DNA of 64,000 nt from Bacteroidota bacterium (GTDB lineage Bacteria; Bacillota; UBA4882; JAAYXC01). Below are positions 9,293 through 18,821 of this stretch, in pieces. The position numbers and the translations under genes are program-made. The stretch spans positions 29,621-93,620 of the forward strand of contig JBLNCE010000055.1 of the NCBI GenBank assembly GCA_050260415.1. Reading direction: 5' to 3'. The notes beneath the pieces were generated by a model that worked only from the letters and a program-made list of their open reading frames with translations, made no database searches and was not told the DNA's origin. The number at the start of each line of letters is the position of its first letter. The first letter of the stretch is position 1.

Positions 9293-10210
9293 ATGAAGCG
9301 ACCGATCGCCGGACGCAGCAGCTTCCGTCATAAACATCGCGTGGACGCGGCGTTCGCGGTGCTGACGATTGCGCCCACGGTGCTGCTCGTCTTTATATGC
9401 AGTTTTCTGCCCGTGGCCAAGTCCATCTACCTCAGTTTTCTCGATTTCAAGCTTTCCCGGGCCTATCAAAGCTTGTGGAACAACTTCCAGAACTACAAGG
9501 AGATCCTAGCCCAGGGAGACCTGGTTGCCGCCGTCAAGGTCACCTTGGTCTTTGTCGCGGTGGTCGTTTTCCTGCAGTTGTGCCTCGGCTTGTTGCTGGC
9601 TCTGATCCTAAACAGCCGGATCCATGGCCGGCGGCTCGCGCGGAGCCTGGTGCTCCTGCCCTGGGTCATACCCACGGTGATTACGGCGCTGCTCTGGAAC
9701 TGGCTGTATCAACCCCAGTACGGTCTGATCAACTATGTCCTGCTGAAGACGGGCCTGATCGCCAGCCCCGCGTCCTGGCTTGCGGATGTGAAACTGGCCT
9801 TGCCGAGCGTGATGGTAACGGCGCTTTGGAAGCAGTTGCCGTTGATGGCCTTGATGCTCTTGGCCGGCCTGCAGTCAATCCCGGTCGAGATGTATGAGGC
9901 GGCGCGGATGGACGGCGCTGGCGCGCTGCAGTCCCTGCGGTTTATCACCCTGCCCTTCCTGCGAAGCGTCATCCGGACCACGGTTATGATCTCGATTATC
10001 CTTAACTTTAAACAGTTCCCCTTGTTCTGGATCATGACCGGCGGCGGTCCGATCGACGCCACGACCACCCTGGCGATTTACAGCTACAAGAGCGCTTTCG
10101 TCAACCTGGATTTCGGTAAGGGCGCGGCGATTGCCACGCTCTGGCTGGTGCTGTTGGTGGCCGTGTATCTGGGTTTCAACCGGCTTTTCAAGATAAACGA
10201 GGTCGAATAA
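9293..10210 (+). CDS. Carbohydrate ABC transporter permease (MalF/UgpA-like)
   Basis: EAA motif LQSIPVEMYEAARMDGA, TGGGP; GAGGTG RBS. Confidence 0.92.
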   Translation: MKRPIAGRSSFRHKHRVDAAFAVLTIAPTVLLVFICSFLPVAKSIYLSFLDFKLSRAYQSLWNNFQNYKEILAQGDLVAAVKVTLVFVAVVVFLQLCLGLLLALILNSRIHGRRLARSLVLLPWVIPTVITALLWNWLYQPQYGLINYVLLKTGLIASPASWLADVKLALPSVMVTALWKQLPLMALMLLAGLQSIPVEMYEAARMDGAGALQSLRFITLPFLRSVIRTTVMISIILNFKQFPLFWIMTGGGPIDATTTLAIYSYKSAFVNLDFGKGAAIATLWLVLLVAVYLGFNRLFKINEVE

Positions 10211-10309
10211 TCCAGCACGACTCGCCATGCGGCTTTGTTCTCCCAAAGGGAGATCGCGACACGGAGTTATTGCAAACCGTCCGAATCACGCGACAAGGTG
10301 GGACCGACC

Positions 10310-11137
10310 GTGAAGGACAAAAGCAGGCTGATCACCTATCCGGCGCTCTGCGTCTTCCTGGTTTTTTTGCTCTTCCCGCTTTATTGGATGCTCTGCACAT
10401 CGTTCAAGACGAACCTCGTGATCTATAAGGTACCACCGGAATGGTACCCGCATCTTCCCACGCTCGCCAATTACGCGCGCCTTTTTCGGGAAGGGGCGTT
10501 CATCGGCTATTATCTCAACAACTTCATCGCTTCCTTCCTCGCCACGGCTTTGACCGTCATCCTTGCCGTCTTGTCCGGGTACTCACTGTCGCGGTTTAAG
10601 TTTCGGGGCAGCAATCTGCTCATGCTCCTGCTGCTCTCGACGCAGATGTTCCCCCTGATTGGAATCGTGATCGCCCTGTATACCGTCTTCCGGTCCATGA
10701 GCCTGCTCAATACGATGACCGGTTTGGTCCTGGCTCTATCCGCCGCGGCCCTGCCGTTCTGTGTCTGGCTGATCAAGGGGTTCTTCGACAGCGTGCCCAT
10801 ATCATTGGAGGAAGCAGCCGCCATCGACGGCTGCGGCCGGCTCGGCACACTGGCGCGGGTCGTTCTGCCGCTTTCCAAACCCGGCCTCCTGGCGATCGGT
10901 ACCTACGCCTTCCTGCTGTCCTGGGATGACTTCCTCTACTGCCTGACGCTCATCACCAAAGACAACCTGCGCACGCTCTCGGTGGGGATTGCCCTGCGGT
11001 ACCTGGGCGAACTCTCTTACGATTGGGCCACGGTCATGACAATCTCGGTCATCGGTACGCTGCCCATGCTGTTGCTCTTCGTGTTCTTCCAGGGTTACAT
11101 GGTTCAAGGATTGACCGGGGGGAGCATCAAGGGGTAG
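10310..11137 (+). CDS. Carbohydrate ABC transporter permease (MalG/UgpE-like)
   Basis: FFDSVPISLEEAAAIDG, VLPLSKPGL, GLTGGSIKG. Confidence 0.92.
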   Translation: MKDKSRLITYPALCVFLVFLLFPLYWMLCTSFKTNLVIYKVPPEWYPHLPTLANYARLFREGAFIGYYLNNFIASFLATALTVILAVLSGYSLSRFKFRGSNLLMLLLLSTQMFPLIGIVIALYTVFRSMSLLNTMTGLVLALSAAALPFCVWLIKGFFDSVPISLEEAAAIDGCGRLGTLARVVLPLSKPGLLAIGTYAFLLSWDDFLYCLTLITKDNLRTLSVGIALRYLGELSYDWATVMTISVIGTLPMLLLFVFFQGYMVQGLTGGSIKG

Positions 11138-11190
11138 CTGCCCCTAGCAATGATCTACGCCACTAGCCATCCTACAAGGAGGGAAATGTC

Positions 11191-12369
11191 ATGACCGGCA
11201 ATCTATTGGTCGCGCACGGCGGCGGGCCGACCGCTGTCATCAACGCGTCGCTGTTTGGGGTGGTGTCGGAAGCGAAAAAGCACAAGGAGATCAACGGCAT
11301 ATTCGGCGCGCGTTTCGGGATCGACGGCGTCTTGAACGAGAGCTTCATCGACCTCGGCCGGGAACCGGAGTCCAAGATCGATAGGCTTCCCTACACTCCA
11401 TCCTCGGCGCTTGGTTCCACCCGACGCAAACTGACGGAGGATGATTACCCCCGCATCATCGAGATCTTCAAGCGCTACAACATCCGCTATTTCCTCTACA
11501 ACGGCGGGAACGACTCCATGGACACCTGCCTGAAGGTGGCGGAAGCCGCGGGGAATTACGAGATCCAGGTCATCGGCGTACCCAAGACCATTGATAACGA
11601 TCTGGCGGAGACGGATCATTGTCCGGGTTTCGGCAGTGCCGCGCGTTATACGGCAGTCAGCGCCATGGAACTGTTCAAGGAGGTGGCGGGGCTCCCGATC
11701 CATGTCATCGTCATGGAGACCATGGGCAGGAACGCCGGCTGGCTTACCGCCGCCGCGGCCCTTGGCCGGAAGAGCGAGACCGACGGTCCCCATCTGGTCT
11801 ACCTGCCGGAACGGGTTTTCCGCGAAGAGCAGTTCGTCGAGGATGTAAGGCGCTGGAACTCCCGGGTCAAGGGTGTATTGGTGGTGGCCAGCGAGGGGCT
11901 GGTGGACGAGAAGGGGGAGTCCATTGCCAACACCGGCATCCTGGATGGTTTCGGGCATAAGATCCCTGGGGGCGTCGGCCAGGCCTTATCCAATATACTC
12001 ATCAAGCACGGCCTTAAATCACGCAGCGAAAAACCCGGGCTCCTCGGGCGCAACTCCATCGCCCTGCAATCGTCCGTCGACCGCGACGAAGCCATCCGGG
12101 TCGGGGTGCATGCGGTCCAGTGCCTCATGGAGGGAAAGACGGGGTACATGGTGGCGATCAGGCGCGTAACCAACACGCCCTACCAATCCACGCTGGAACT
12201 CGTGCCGTTGGCGAAGGTCGCCAATGTGGAGCGCAAGATGCCCGACAAATTCATCAACAAAGAAGGCAACGGCATCGAGCCGTCCTTTGCCGACTACTGC
12301 CTGCCGCTCCTCGGCGAACCCTTGCCGGACTATGTCGCGCTGGACGGGGTTTCCGTGGCCAAGGCGTGA
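11191..12369 (+). CDS. pfp: Phosphofructokinase, PPi-dependent type signature
   Basis: GGGPTAVIN, GGNDS (Asp at the position diagnostic for PPi use), PKTIDND, METMGRNAGW. Confidence 0.85.
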   Translation: MTGNLLVAHGGGPTAVINASLFGVVSEAKKHKEINGIFGARFGIDGVLNESFIDLGREPESKIDRLPYTPSSALGSTRRKLTEDDYPRIIEIFKRYNIRYFLYNGGNDSMDTCLKVAEAAGNYEIQVIGVPKTIDNDLAETDHCPGFGSAARYTAVSAMELFKEVAGLPIHVIVMETMGRNAGWLTAAAALGRKSETDGPHLVYLPERVFREEQFVEDVRRWNSRVKGVLVVASEGLVDEKGESIANTGILDGFGHKIPGGVGQALSNILIKHGLKSRSEKPGLLGRNSIALQSSVDRDEAIRVGVHAVQCLMEGKTGYMVAIRRVTNTPYQSTLELVPLAKVANVERKMPDKFINKEGNGIEPSFADYCLPLLGEPLPDYVALDGVSVAKA

Positions 12370-12387
12370 GGTAATCGCCCGGGATAA

Positions 12388-12545
12388 AGTAACGATTACG
12401 ATTGCGGAGTACGAGTACGTGTACGAGTACGATTATGATTGCGAGTGCATGTACATACAGGTACGGGTACGACAGAAAACATGGCGAAGATTATTCTCTG
12501 GCTCCCCTCACAGGCGTTTTGCCGGGACAACAAGGGATGAAAATC
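12388..12545. repeat. Hexamer (GAGTAC/GATTAC) tandem repeats plus GGGACAAC...GATGAAAA motif (family B)
   Basis: Related arrays and the same motif occur at 47985-48105 and 52545-52700. Confidence 0.7.
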
Positions 12546-12614
12546 GGGTTGACGTCCCCGAGCGACGAGCGACCAGCGACGAGCTGCGTTTTTCAAAATA
12601 AGGAGTGAATATCG

Positions 12615-13469
12615 ATGCTTGTTACCAGCAAGGAGATCGTTCTGAAGGCGTACAAAGAGGGGTATGCGGTGCCGGCCATCAATACCCAGGGCGGCAACTA
12701 CGACATTATCCGCTCGATCTGCCTCGCGGCCGAGGAGATGAAGTCGCCGGTGATCCTGGCGCACTATATCGCCACCGGCGCGTATTCGGGCAACGAATGG
12801 TTCGCCGAGGTGGCGAAATACTGGGCAAAGAAGGTCGCCGTGCCCGTGGCGGTTCACCTGGATCACGGCGACACCTTCAAGACCTGCGTTGAAGCGCTCC
12901 AGATGGGCTTTACCTCCATCATGCTGGATTGCTCCACCGAATCGATCGAGGATAATATCCTGCACACCAATAAAGTGATCGAGGTCTGCCACGCCGTCAA
13001 CATCCCGGTCGAGGCGGAGGTGGGCGAGCTTGTCCGGCTGGACGCCACCGGCGCGGTCATGGAGAACAAGAACATTGCCAACGTGGATGACGTGAAGCGA
13101 TTCCTGGCTGGCTGCCAACCCGACATGCTGGCAATCGGCATCGGCAACGCGCATGGGTTCTACAAGGGCAGACCGGACATCCGCCTGGATATCCTGAGAC
13201 AGGTGCGGGAAATAACCTCTTTGCCGTTGGTGTTGCACGGTTGCACCGGTATGCCCGACGAGATCGTCAAGGAAGCCATCGGCCTCGGCATGGCCAAGAT
13301 CAACTTCGGCACCCTGGTCCGCCATAAGTATCTCGACTACTACAAGGAAGGCATTGAGACCCTGGAACACAACGGCCACTCCTGGAAAGTCTCACAGTTC
13401 GCCGAGCTGAAATTGAGGGAGATCATCAAGGACATTATCAAGCTGTCCGGTTCGGAAAATAAGTACTAG
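12615..13469 (+). CDS. Class II ketose-bisphosphate aldolase (fructose/tagatose type)
   Basis: YAVPAIN, HLDHG, EAEVG, GNAHG, VLHG, KINFGT. Confidence 0.9.
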   Translation: MLVTSKEIVLKAYKEGYAVPAINTQGGNYDIIRSICLAAEEMKSPVILAHYIATGAYSGNEWFAEVAKYWAKKVAVPVAVHLDHGDTFKTCVEALQMGFTSIMLDCSTESIEDNILHTNKVIEVCHAVNIPVEAEVGELVRLDATGAVMENKNIANVDDVKRFLAGCQPDMLAIGIGNAHGFYKGRPDIRLDILRQVREITSLPLVLHGCTGMPDEIVKEAIGLGMAKINFGTLVRHKYLDYYKEGIETLEHNGHSWKVSQFAELKLREIIKDIIKLSGSENKY

Positions 13470-13591
13470 CGAAGGGCGCGGCTGATCTTGCATCATTCCT
13501 TCACTCCCAGGTCCTCCCCTGTGATCGCGTGGGCGGGATGGAGAGAGGGCAAATCATCGGCAAAGCATATTTCGCAAGGTGGAGAAGCATC

Positions 13592-14938
13592 GTGGACCAG
13601 AAACAACTTAATCTCGGCTTTGTCACCACGCTTTCCGGGCGCTGGCCCCGGGAACTGCCGGCGCGGCGCGATGAAGAATACGCGTCCTGGCTGGCCGCGG
13701 CCTTTCCCGGCGTTAATCTCGTGCGCGCCCGCGAAATCGCCGTGGACAACGAGAGCGTGGCGCGGATCGCGGCTGGTTTCAAGGCCTGTGCCGTGGATCT
13801 GATTGTCGTCCTGATCGGCGCCTTTACCGGCGATTTCGCCGCGGTCGCCTTGGGCGAGGAACTCAAGGTCCCCATCATCCTCTGGGCGCCGCGTGAACCG
13901 CCGTTCGACGGGGGGCGTCTCATGGCGAACAGCCTGGTGGCGGCCACCATGAACGCGGCGGCCCTGAACAGGATGGATCTAAAATACCACTTCGTATATG
14001 GCGATCGCGACGAGGAAAGAGTCGGCGGGGAGGTCGCCCGTTACATCCGCGTGTACGGCGCCCTCAAGAGATTGAGGCATACATACCTTGGTTTGCTGGG
14101 CTACCGGCCGACCGCGTTCTACAGTTCGACTTTTGACGAGACCCTGATCCGCAAGCGGTTCGGCCTCAAAATGGAAGAATTCGACCTGAAGATGGTCTTC
14201 GACCTGGCGGAGAAGGTCGAGCCAGACAAGCTGGCGGCGGAGATAAGGGAATTCGAGAAGACCGTCAGGCTCGTCAACCTGCCCGAGGGTCATCTGGAGA
14301 ACCATTGCCGGCTATACCTTGCGCTGGAGAGATTCTTCGCGGAGCAGGGGTTTGATGCCGTCTCCCTCAAGTGCTGGCCGGAGATGGGTTTCCTAAAGTA
14401 TACGCCCTGCGCGGTGTTGTCCCGGTTCGCCGAGAAAGGCTTCGTCATCGGGTGCGAAAGTGACGTGGACGCCACGATTACGATGCTGATCCAGACGTAC
14501 CTGACGGGTCAGGCTGTTTTCATGGGCGATCTAGTTACCATCGACGAGCGCGAGAACACGGCCCTGTTCTGGCATTGCGGCCAGGCCGCCGGGAGCCTCA
14601 AGGACCCGGAGCGCGAGTCGTTTGCCAGCAATCATCCCTTGGCCGGCCAGGGTGTGGTCTTCGAAACGACGCTCAAACCGGGCAGGGTCACGATTGCCCG
14701 CATGTCCAAGATCGGCGGCGGGTACAAGCTCTTCCTGACCGCCGGACAAGCCGTGCCGACCGAAAAAGTTGTCAAAGGCGTGATGGTGAACGTGGTCCTG
14801 GACGATCCGGTCCTGAGGACCGTCTACCGGATCGCGGCGGAAGGCGTGCCGCATCATTATGGCATCGTCTGGGCCGATGTACGTGAAGACCTGAGGGTTC
14901 TCTGCGCGGCCCTGGGGATCGAAGTCTTGCAGGTATAG
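13592..14938 (+). CDS. L-fucose/L-arabinose isomerase-like protein
   Basis: PIILWA.REP, KCWPE, GCESDVD, WHCG, LKPGRVTIAR, GVPHHY; GTG start inferred from RBS. Confidence 0.8.
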   Translation: MDQKQLNLGFVTTLSGRWPRELPARRDEEYASWLAAAFPGVNLVRAREIAVDNESVARIAAGFKACAVDLIVVLIGAFTGDFAAVALGEELKVPIILWAPREPPFDGGRLMANSLVAATMNAAALNRMDLKYHFVYGDRDEERVGGEVARYIRVYGALKRLRHTYLGLLGYRPTAFYSSTFDETLIRKRFGLKMEEFDLKMVFDLAEKVEPDKLAAEIREFEKTVRLVNLPEGHLENHCRLYLALERFFAEQGFDAVSLKCWPEMGFLKYTPCAVLSRFAEKGFVIGCESDVDATITMLIQTYLTGQAVFMGDLVTIDERENTALFWHCGQAAGSLKDPERESFASNHPLAGQGVVFETTLKPGRVTIARMSKIGGGYKLFLTAGQAVPTEKVVKGVMVNVVLDDPVLRTVYRIAAEGVPHHYGIVWADVREDLRVLCAALGIEVLQV

Positions 14939-14998
14939 GTAGAGAAACGAAGCTTTGCCATGGATGCGGTAGCCGCGACCGGAGAGGAGGAGGTTTTC

Positions 14999-15934
14999 TT
15001 GCGGGAAATCTTCGTCAATCTTAAACGTTTCGACGTGCCCAGGCGGCTCGGCGGGATCTGTCAATCGGAGGACCCGCGTGCCTGGGTGGAGTGGATAATC
15101 TCGGAAAGCGTCCGCGGGGGCTTGGGCAGGCTGTCGGGGATGGAACTAACCTTTCTCTTGCCGGAAGGACTGATCCTCGAGGCCGCGGGAAGGCTGGCGT
15201 CTTTTCCGGCGCAGGAGACGCGGTCCATCAACCTCGGCTGCCAGGGGGTCTTTCGTGAGGACGTCGCGCCGGGGGGGAATTTTGGCGCTTTCACCACGAA
15301 CCGTCCCGCCGCCGCCGCCAAGAATCTTGGTTGTACCTGGACGATCGTCGGCCATTCCGAAGAACGCCGGGATAAGCTGGGCGTCATCGCAAAGTACGAT
15401 CCGGACGTGCTCCAGAATATGGCTCAACAGCGAAAAGCCAAGTCGGCGGTGGATGCGCTCATCAACGAGGAGATTCTCCGCGCCCTGGATGCCGGGCTGA
15501 ATGTGCTGGTTTGCGTGGGTGAGACCGCGGAGGAAAAGGGGGAAGGAGATTTCCCGGCCCAGAAGCCTCGCATCGAGGAGGTGCTCCGCGCCCAACTGGC
15601 GACGGGCCTGAAGGAGGTCGCGGGCAAGTTGGACGGGCGGAAGATCGTCCTCGGTTACGAGCCGATCTGGGCGATCGGCCCCGGCAGGACGCCTCCGGGG
15701 GAGGATTATATTGGCTTCGTCTCCGCTTTCATCAAGCAGACCGTCAAGGAGATCCACGGCTTCGATCCGACCGTGGTCTATGGCGGCGGGTTGAAGGAAG
15801 AGAATGCCGGCATGATCGCCCGCATCCCGGCGATCGGCGGCGGACTGGTGGCACTGACCCGGTTCACCGGCGAGATCGCCTTTGAGCCGGAGGGGTTGAT
15901 CAGGATCGTCGGGAAGTACCTTGAGGCGGGCTGA
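14999..15934 (+). CDS. Divergent triosephosphate isomerase family protein
   Basis: NLKR, GAFT, GHSEERR, VCVGET, YEPIWAIG, YGGG; TTG start after GGAGG. Confidence 0.82.
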   Translation: MREIFVNLKRFDVPRRLGGICQSEDPRAWVEWIISESVRGGLGRLSGMELTFLLPEGLILEAAGRLASFPAQETRSINLGCQGVFREDVAPGGNFGAFTTNRPAAAAKNLGCTWTIVGHSEERRDKLGVIAKYDPDVLQNMAQQRKAKSAVDALINEEILRALDAGLNVLVCVGETAEEKGEGDFPAQKPRIEEVLRAQLATGLKEVAGKLDGRKIVLGYEPIWAIGPGRTPPGEDYIGFVSAFIKQTVKEIHGFDPTVVYGGGLKEENAGMIARIPAIGGGLVALTRFTGEIAFEPEGLIRIVGKYLEAG

Positions 15935-16065
15935 ATCCAGAGGGCCCATCCCGGGGTGAGGGTTGAAGATTCATGAGGTTAGCGGTGGGCGTCTTTGTGC
16001 GTAGAACGACGCCACGACGAGAAGCGCAGCCCATCAACCAACCTTTTCAGAAAGGATAATAACGC

Positions 16066-17490
16066 ATGAAATCCGTAAACATCGAATACGGCGACGGATT
16101 GCTGCCGATCGAGGTCCCCGAGACGGCTGTGGTGCCGCGCTACAAAGAGACTTATTTTGACCCGCCCGCGGCGGCCGACCCGGCGGCCGCAATCAGGAAG
16201 GCCTTGGCCAACCCGCTGGGCATGGACCCCTTGGGAAAGTTGGCGAAAAACGGCAGCAAGGTCGTGATCGCCTTTCCCGACCGGGTCAAGGGCGGATCGC
16301 ACGCGCAGGCGCACCGGCGGTTGGCGATTCCCATAATCGTCGAGGAACTCAAACGCGCCGGGGTACGCGACCGGGATATCCTGCTGCTCTGCGCGATCGG
16401 ATTGCACAAAAAGAATACGAAGGAAGAGTTCGACCAGTATCTCGGCCGGGAGATCGTGGACGTTTTCTGGCCGGACCGGATTAAGAACCACGACGCGGAG
16501 GACCCGGAAGGCATCGTGCAACTTGGCCGGGATGAGATGGGGAACCCCGTCTGCGTGAACAAAGACATTTATGAGGCGGATCTGGCGGTCATGATCGGCC
16601 ATACGCAGGGCAACCCTTACGGCGGTTATAGCGGCGGCTATAAGATGTGCGTCACCGGCGTGACCGACTGGCGCTCGATCGGCAGCCACCATTGTCCGGC
16701 GACCATGCATCGCGAGGACTTCGTGCCGGTAAATACGGAGCGGAGCCACATGCGCAGGCAGTTTGATTCCATCGGCCGGGCGATGGAAAAAGGCATGGGT
16801 AAGAAGTTCTTCCTCGTCGATGCCGTGCTGGGCGCCGAATCGCAAATCCTGGCCGTCTACGCGGGCGCGGCGGCGGAGGTTCAGAAGGCGAGCTGGCCCC
16901 TGGCGCGGCAACGCACGGAAGTAGTCTTGGACATCAAAGAGAAGTTCGACGTCATGGTTTTTGGCCTGCCCAGGACCTTTCATTACGGTCCGGGCATGGG
17001 CACCAACCCGATCCTCATGCTCCAGGCGTGCGGAAGCCAGGTGGCGCGGAATCTCTCGGTCTTGAGGGAAGGCGGCGTCGTCATCGCCGCGTCCGTCTGC
17101 GATGGCTGGTTCAATGACGAATGGTTTCCCTCCTACCGCGAGGTCTATACAAGGCTGCAAGGCGTCGATGATCTGGCCCAGGCGGTCGCCTGGGCGGAGG
17201 AGATCGCCACCCGGCCCGAATATATCCGCAAATACCGGCACGAATTCGCCTACCATCCCTTCCACGCCCTATCCATGGTCGCCATGGGCGGCGTGGCCCT
17301 GAGGCATACCAGCGCGATCTATGTGGTGGGGGCCAAGGAACCGCAATGCGCACGGGGTATGAGAATGAGGCCGGTCGATACCTTTGCCGAGGCGCTCGGG
17401 GAAGCGGCGAAGATCGTCGGCAGGGACCCGAGGATGCTCGTGATACCGGAGGCGTTTACGAGAACGGCTGTACATTTCAAGATGCCGTAA
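16066..17490 (+). CDS. Lactate racemase (LarA) homolog, nickel-pincer family
   Basis: I.YG start, ALANPLG, IGLH, NHD, GGYSGGYK, GGVVI. Confidence 0.8.
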   Translation: MKSVNIEYGDGLLPIEVPETAVVPRYKETYFDPPAAADPAAAIRKALANPLGMDPLGKLAKNGSKVVIAFPDRVKGGSHAQAHRRLAIPIIVEELKRAGVRDRDILLLCAIGLHKKNTKEEFDQYLGREIVDVFWPDRIKNHDAEDPEGIVQLGRDEMGNPVCVNKDIYEADLAVMIGHTQGNPYGGYSGGYKMCVTGVTDWRSIGSHHCPATMHREDFVPVNTERSHMRRQFDSIGRAMEKGMGKKFFLVDAVLGAESQILAVYAGAAAEVQKASWPLARQRTEVVLDIKEKFDVMVFGLPRTFHYGPGMGTNPILMLQACGSQVARNLSVLREGGVVIAASVCDGWFNDEWFPSYREVYTRLQGVDDLAQAVAWAEEIATRPEYIRKYRHEFAYHPFHALSMVAMGGVALRHTSAIYVVGAKEPQCARGMRMRPVDTFAEALGEAAKIVGRDPRMLVIPEAFTRTAVHFKMP

Positions 17491-17502
17491 TGGAGGGACG
17501 TC

Positions 17503-17664
17503 ATGTTCGCTCAGATCGATGATGCGCTCAAAGAGATCTTTACTCTGCACCGGACGCTCTACGGACTCATTACGCTCGGCACCATGGTCGCGATCGGCGT
17601 TACGGTGGGCGCAATTACGGAACTGATCGTGCGCGTGGCTGGTCTCAGAGTGGACAAGCGTTGA
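17503..17664 (+). CDS. Small membrane protein, 53 aa (absent from ORF track)
   Basis: GGAGG RBS; MFAQIDDALKEIFTLHRTLYGLITLGTMVAIGVTVGAITELIVRVAGLRVDKR; one TM helix; sits in operon before TauE. Confidence 0.7.
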   Translation: MFAQIDDALKEIFTLHRTLYGLITLGTMVAIGVTVGAITELIVRVAGLRVDKR

Positions 17665-17782
17665 TCGCGATCCCGGAAATCCAGGACATGCATGTAACTT
17701 GCCGCGGTATTACCGCCTTGGCGTATTAGCGCCGATACCGCAGATTCTCAAGGTACTTCCAAGAGCATCGGGAGGATTGAGT

Positions 17783-18811
17783 ATGTATTTACCTATCGCG
17801 GATGCGGTCGTAAATCCGATCGCCCTGGTCGTCATCGGTTTCTGCGTGGGTATCCTGGGTGGTTTCTTCGGCGTCGGCGGCGCCTTCATGGTTACACCCG
17901 CCCTGAACATCTTCGGCTTTCCCATGGCCTATGCCATCGGAACCGATGTCGCCCACATCTTCGGCAAGTCTATCGTCTCAACATACAAGCACGCCCTATT
18001 GAAACATGTCGACTGGAAGCTGGGCGCCGTCGTCGGTTTGCTGGGCATGTTCGGGGTCAATCTCGGTAAGGACATGGTGCTCTACCTGGAAAAGGTGAAT
18101 CTGGTCGGACCCATCGTCAGGATCGTTTATATGCTCCTGCTCTTTACGATCGGCGGTCTCATGCTCATGGAGTGCCTCAGCAAAAAAGCCGCTAGCTCGG
18201 ACAGGGATGAGGCCGGCATAAGCAGGGTCGCCCGGAGAATTCGCGGCTTGAAGATCCCACCCGTGCTATCGTTTCCCCAATCCGGCATCGAGTCCGTCTC
18301 CATCTGGGCAGTGGTCTTGCTTGGCGTCTTTACCGGCTTCGTCTCGGGTTTCCTCGGGGTGGGTGGAGGTTTCGTGCGTGTACCGATGTTTATCTATCTA
18401 TTGGGGTTACCGACGGTGATCGCGGTCGGGACGGACCTGTTGGCCATCTTGATCTCCAACGCTTGGGGTGCATACATATACGCCACGGCGGGTAAGGTGG
18501 AGCTGGTGGGAGCGGCGGTCATGCTTCTTGGCGCCGGGGTCGGCGCGCAGTTGGGGTCGCTTGCGACCGCTTTCATCAAAGGGATGCAAATCAGGCTGTA
18601 TTTTGCCATCACTGTGCTGCTCGCCGGGGCATCGGTGGTCCTGAAACAGTTCGGGCTCGACCGGGTGGCCGGGTATCTTATGTTGGGGTCGGCTCTGGCG
18701 CTCAGCGCGTGGATCCTGATCTTGCTCGTGAGAGAGGTCGCCGCGGGCAAAAGGAGGATCGAGGCGTCGGCGTTCGGAGAGGCGGCGGCGGGAAAAGATA
18801 GTGTTGAGTGA
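17783..18811 (+). CDS. TauE/SafE (TSUP) family exporter
   Basis: Two repeats [13 protein letters not shown]...AIGTD and [13 protein letters not shown]...AVGTD; multiple TM helices. Confidence 0.9.
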   Translation: MYLPIADAVVNPIALVVIGFCVGILGGFFGVGGAFMVTPALNIFGFPMAYAIGTDVAHIFGKSIVSTYKHALLKHVDWKLGAVVGLLGMFGVNLGKDMVLYLEKVNLVGPIVRIVYMLLLFTIGGLMLMECLSKKAASSDRDEAGISRVARRIRGLKIPPVLSFPQSGIESVSIWAVVLLGVFTGFVSGFLGVGGGFVRVPMFIYLLGLPTVIAVGTDLLAILISNAWGAYIYATAGKVELVGAAVMLLGAGVGAQLGSLATAFIKGMQIRLYFAITVLLAGASVVLKQFGLDRVAGYLMLGSALALSAWILILLVREVAAGKRRIEASAFGEAAAGKDSVE

Positions 18812-18821
18812 GGATGACTCC

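Noticed and set aside
12388-12475. Short tandem repeats considered as a CRISPR array
   Set aside because: 6-bp periodicity with no unique spacers, and no cas genes anywhere in the window.
15979-17265. 428-aa minus-strand ORF (likewise 28897-30225 and 55241-56605)
   Set aside because: Opposite well-supported genes; composition typical of reverse-frame artefacts.
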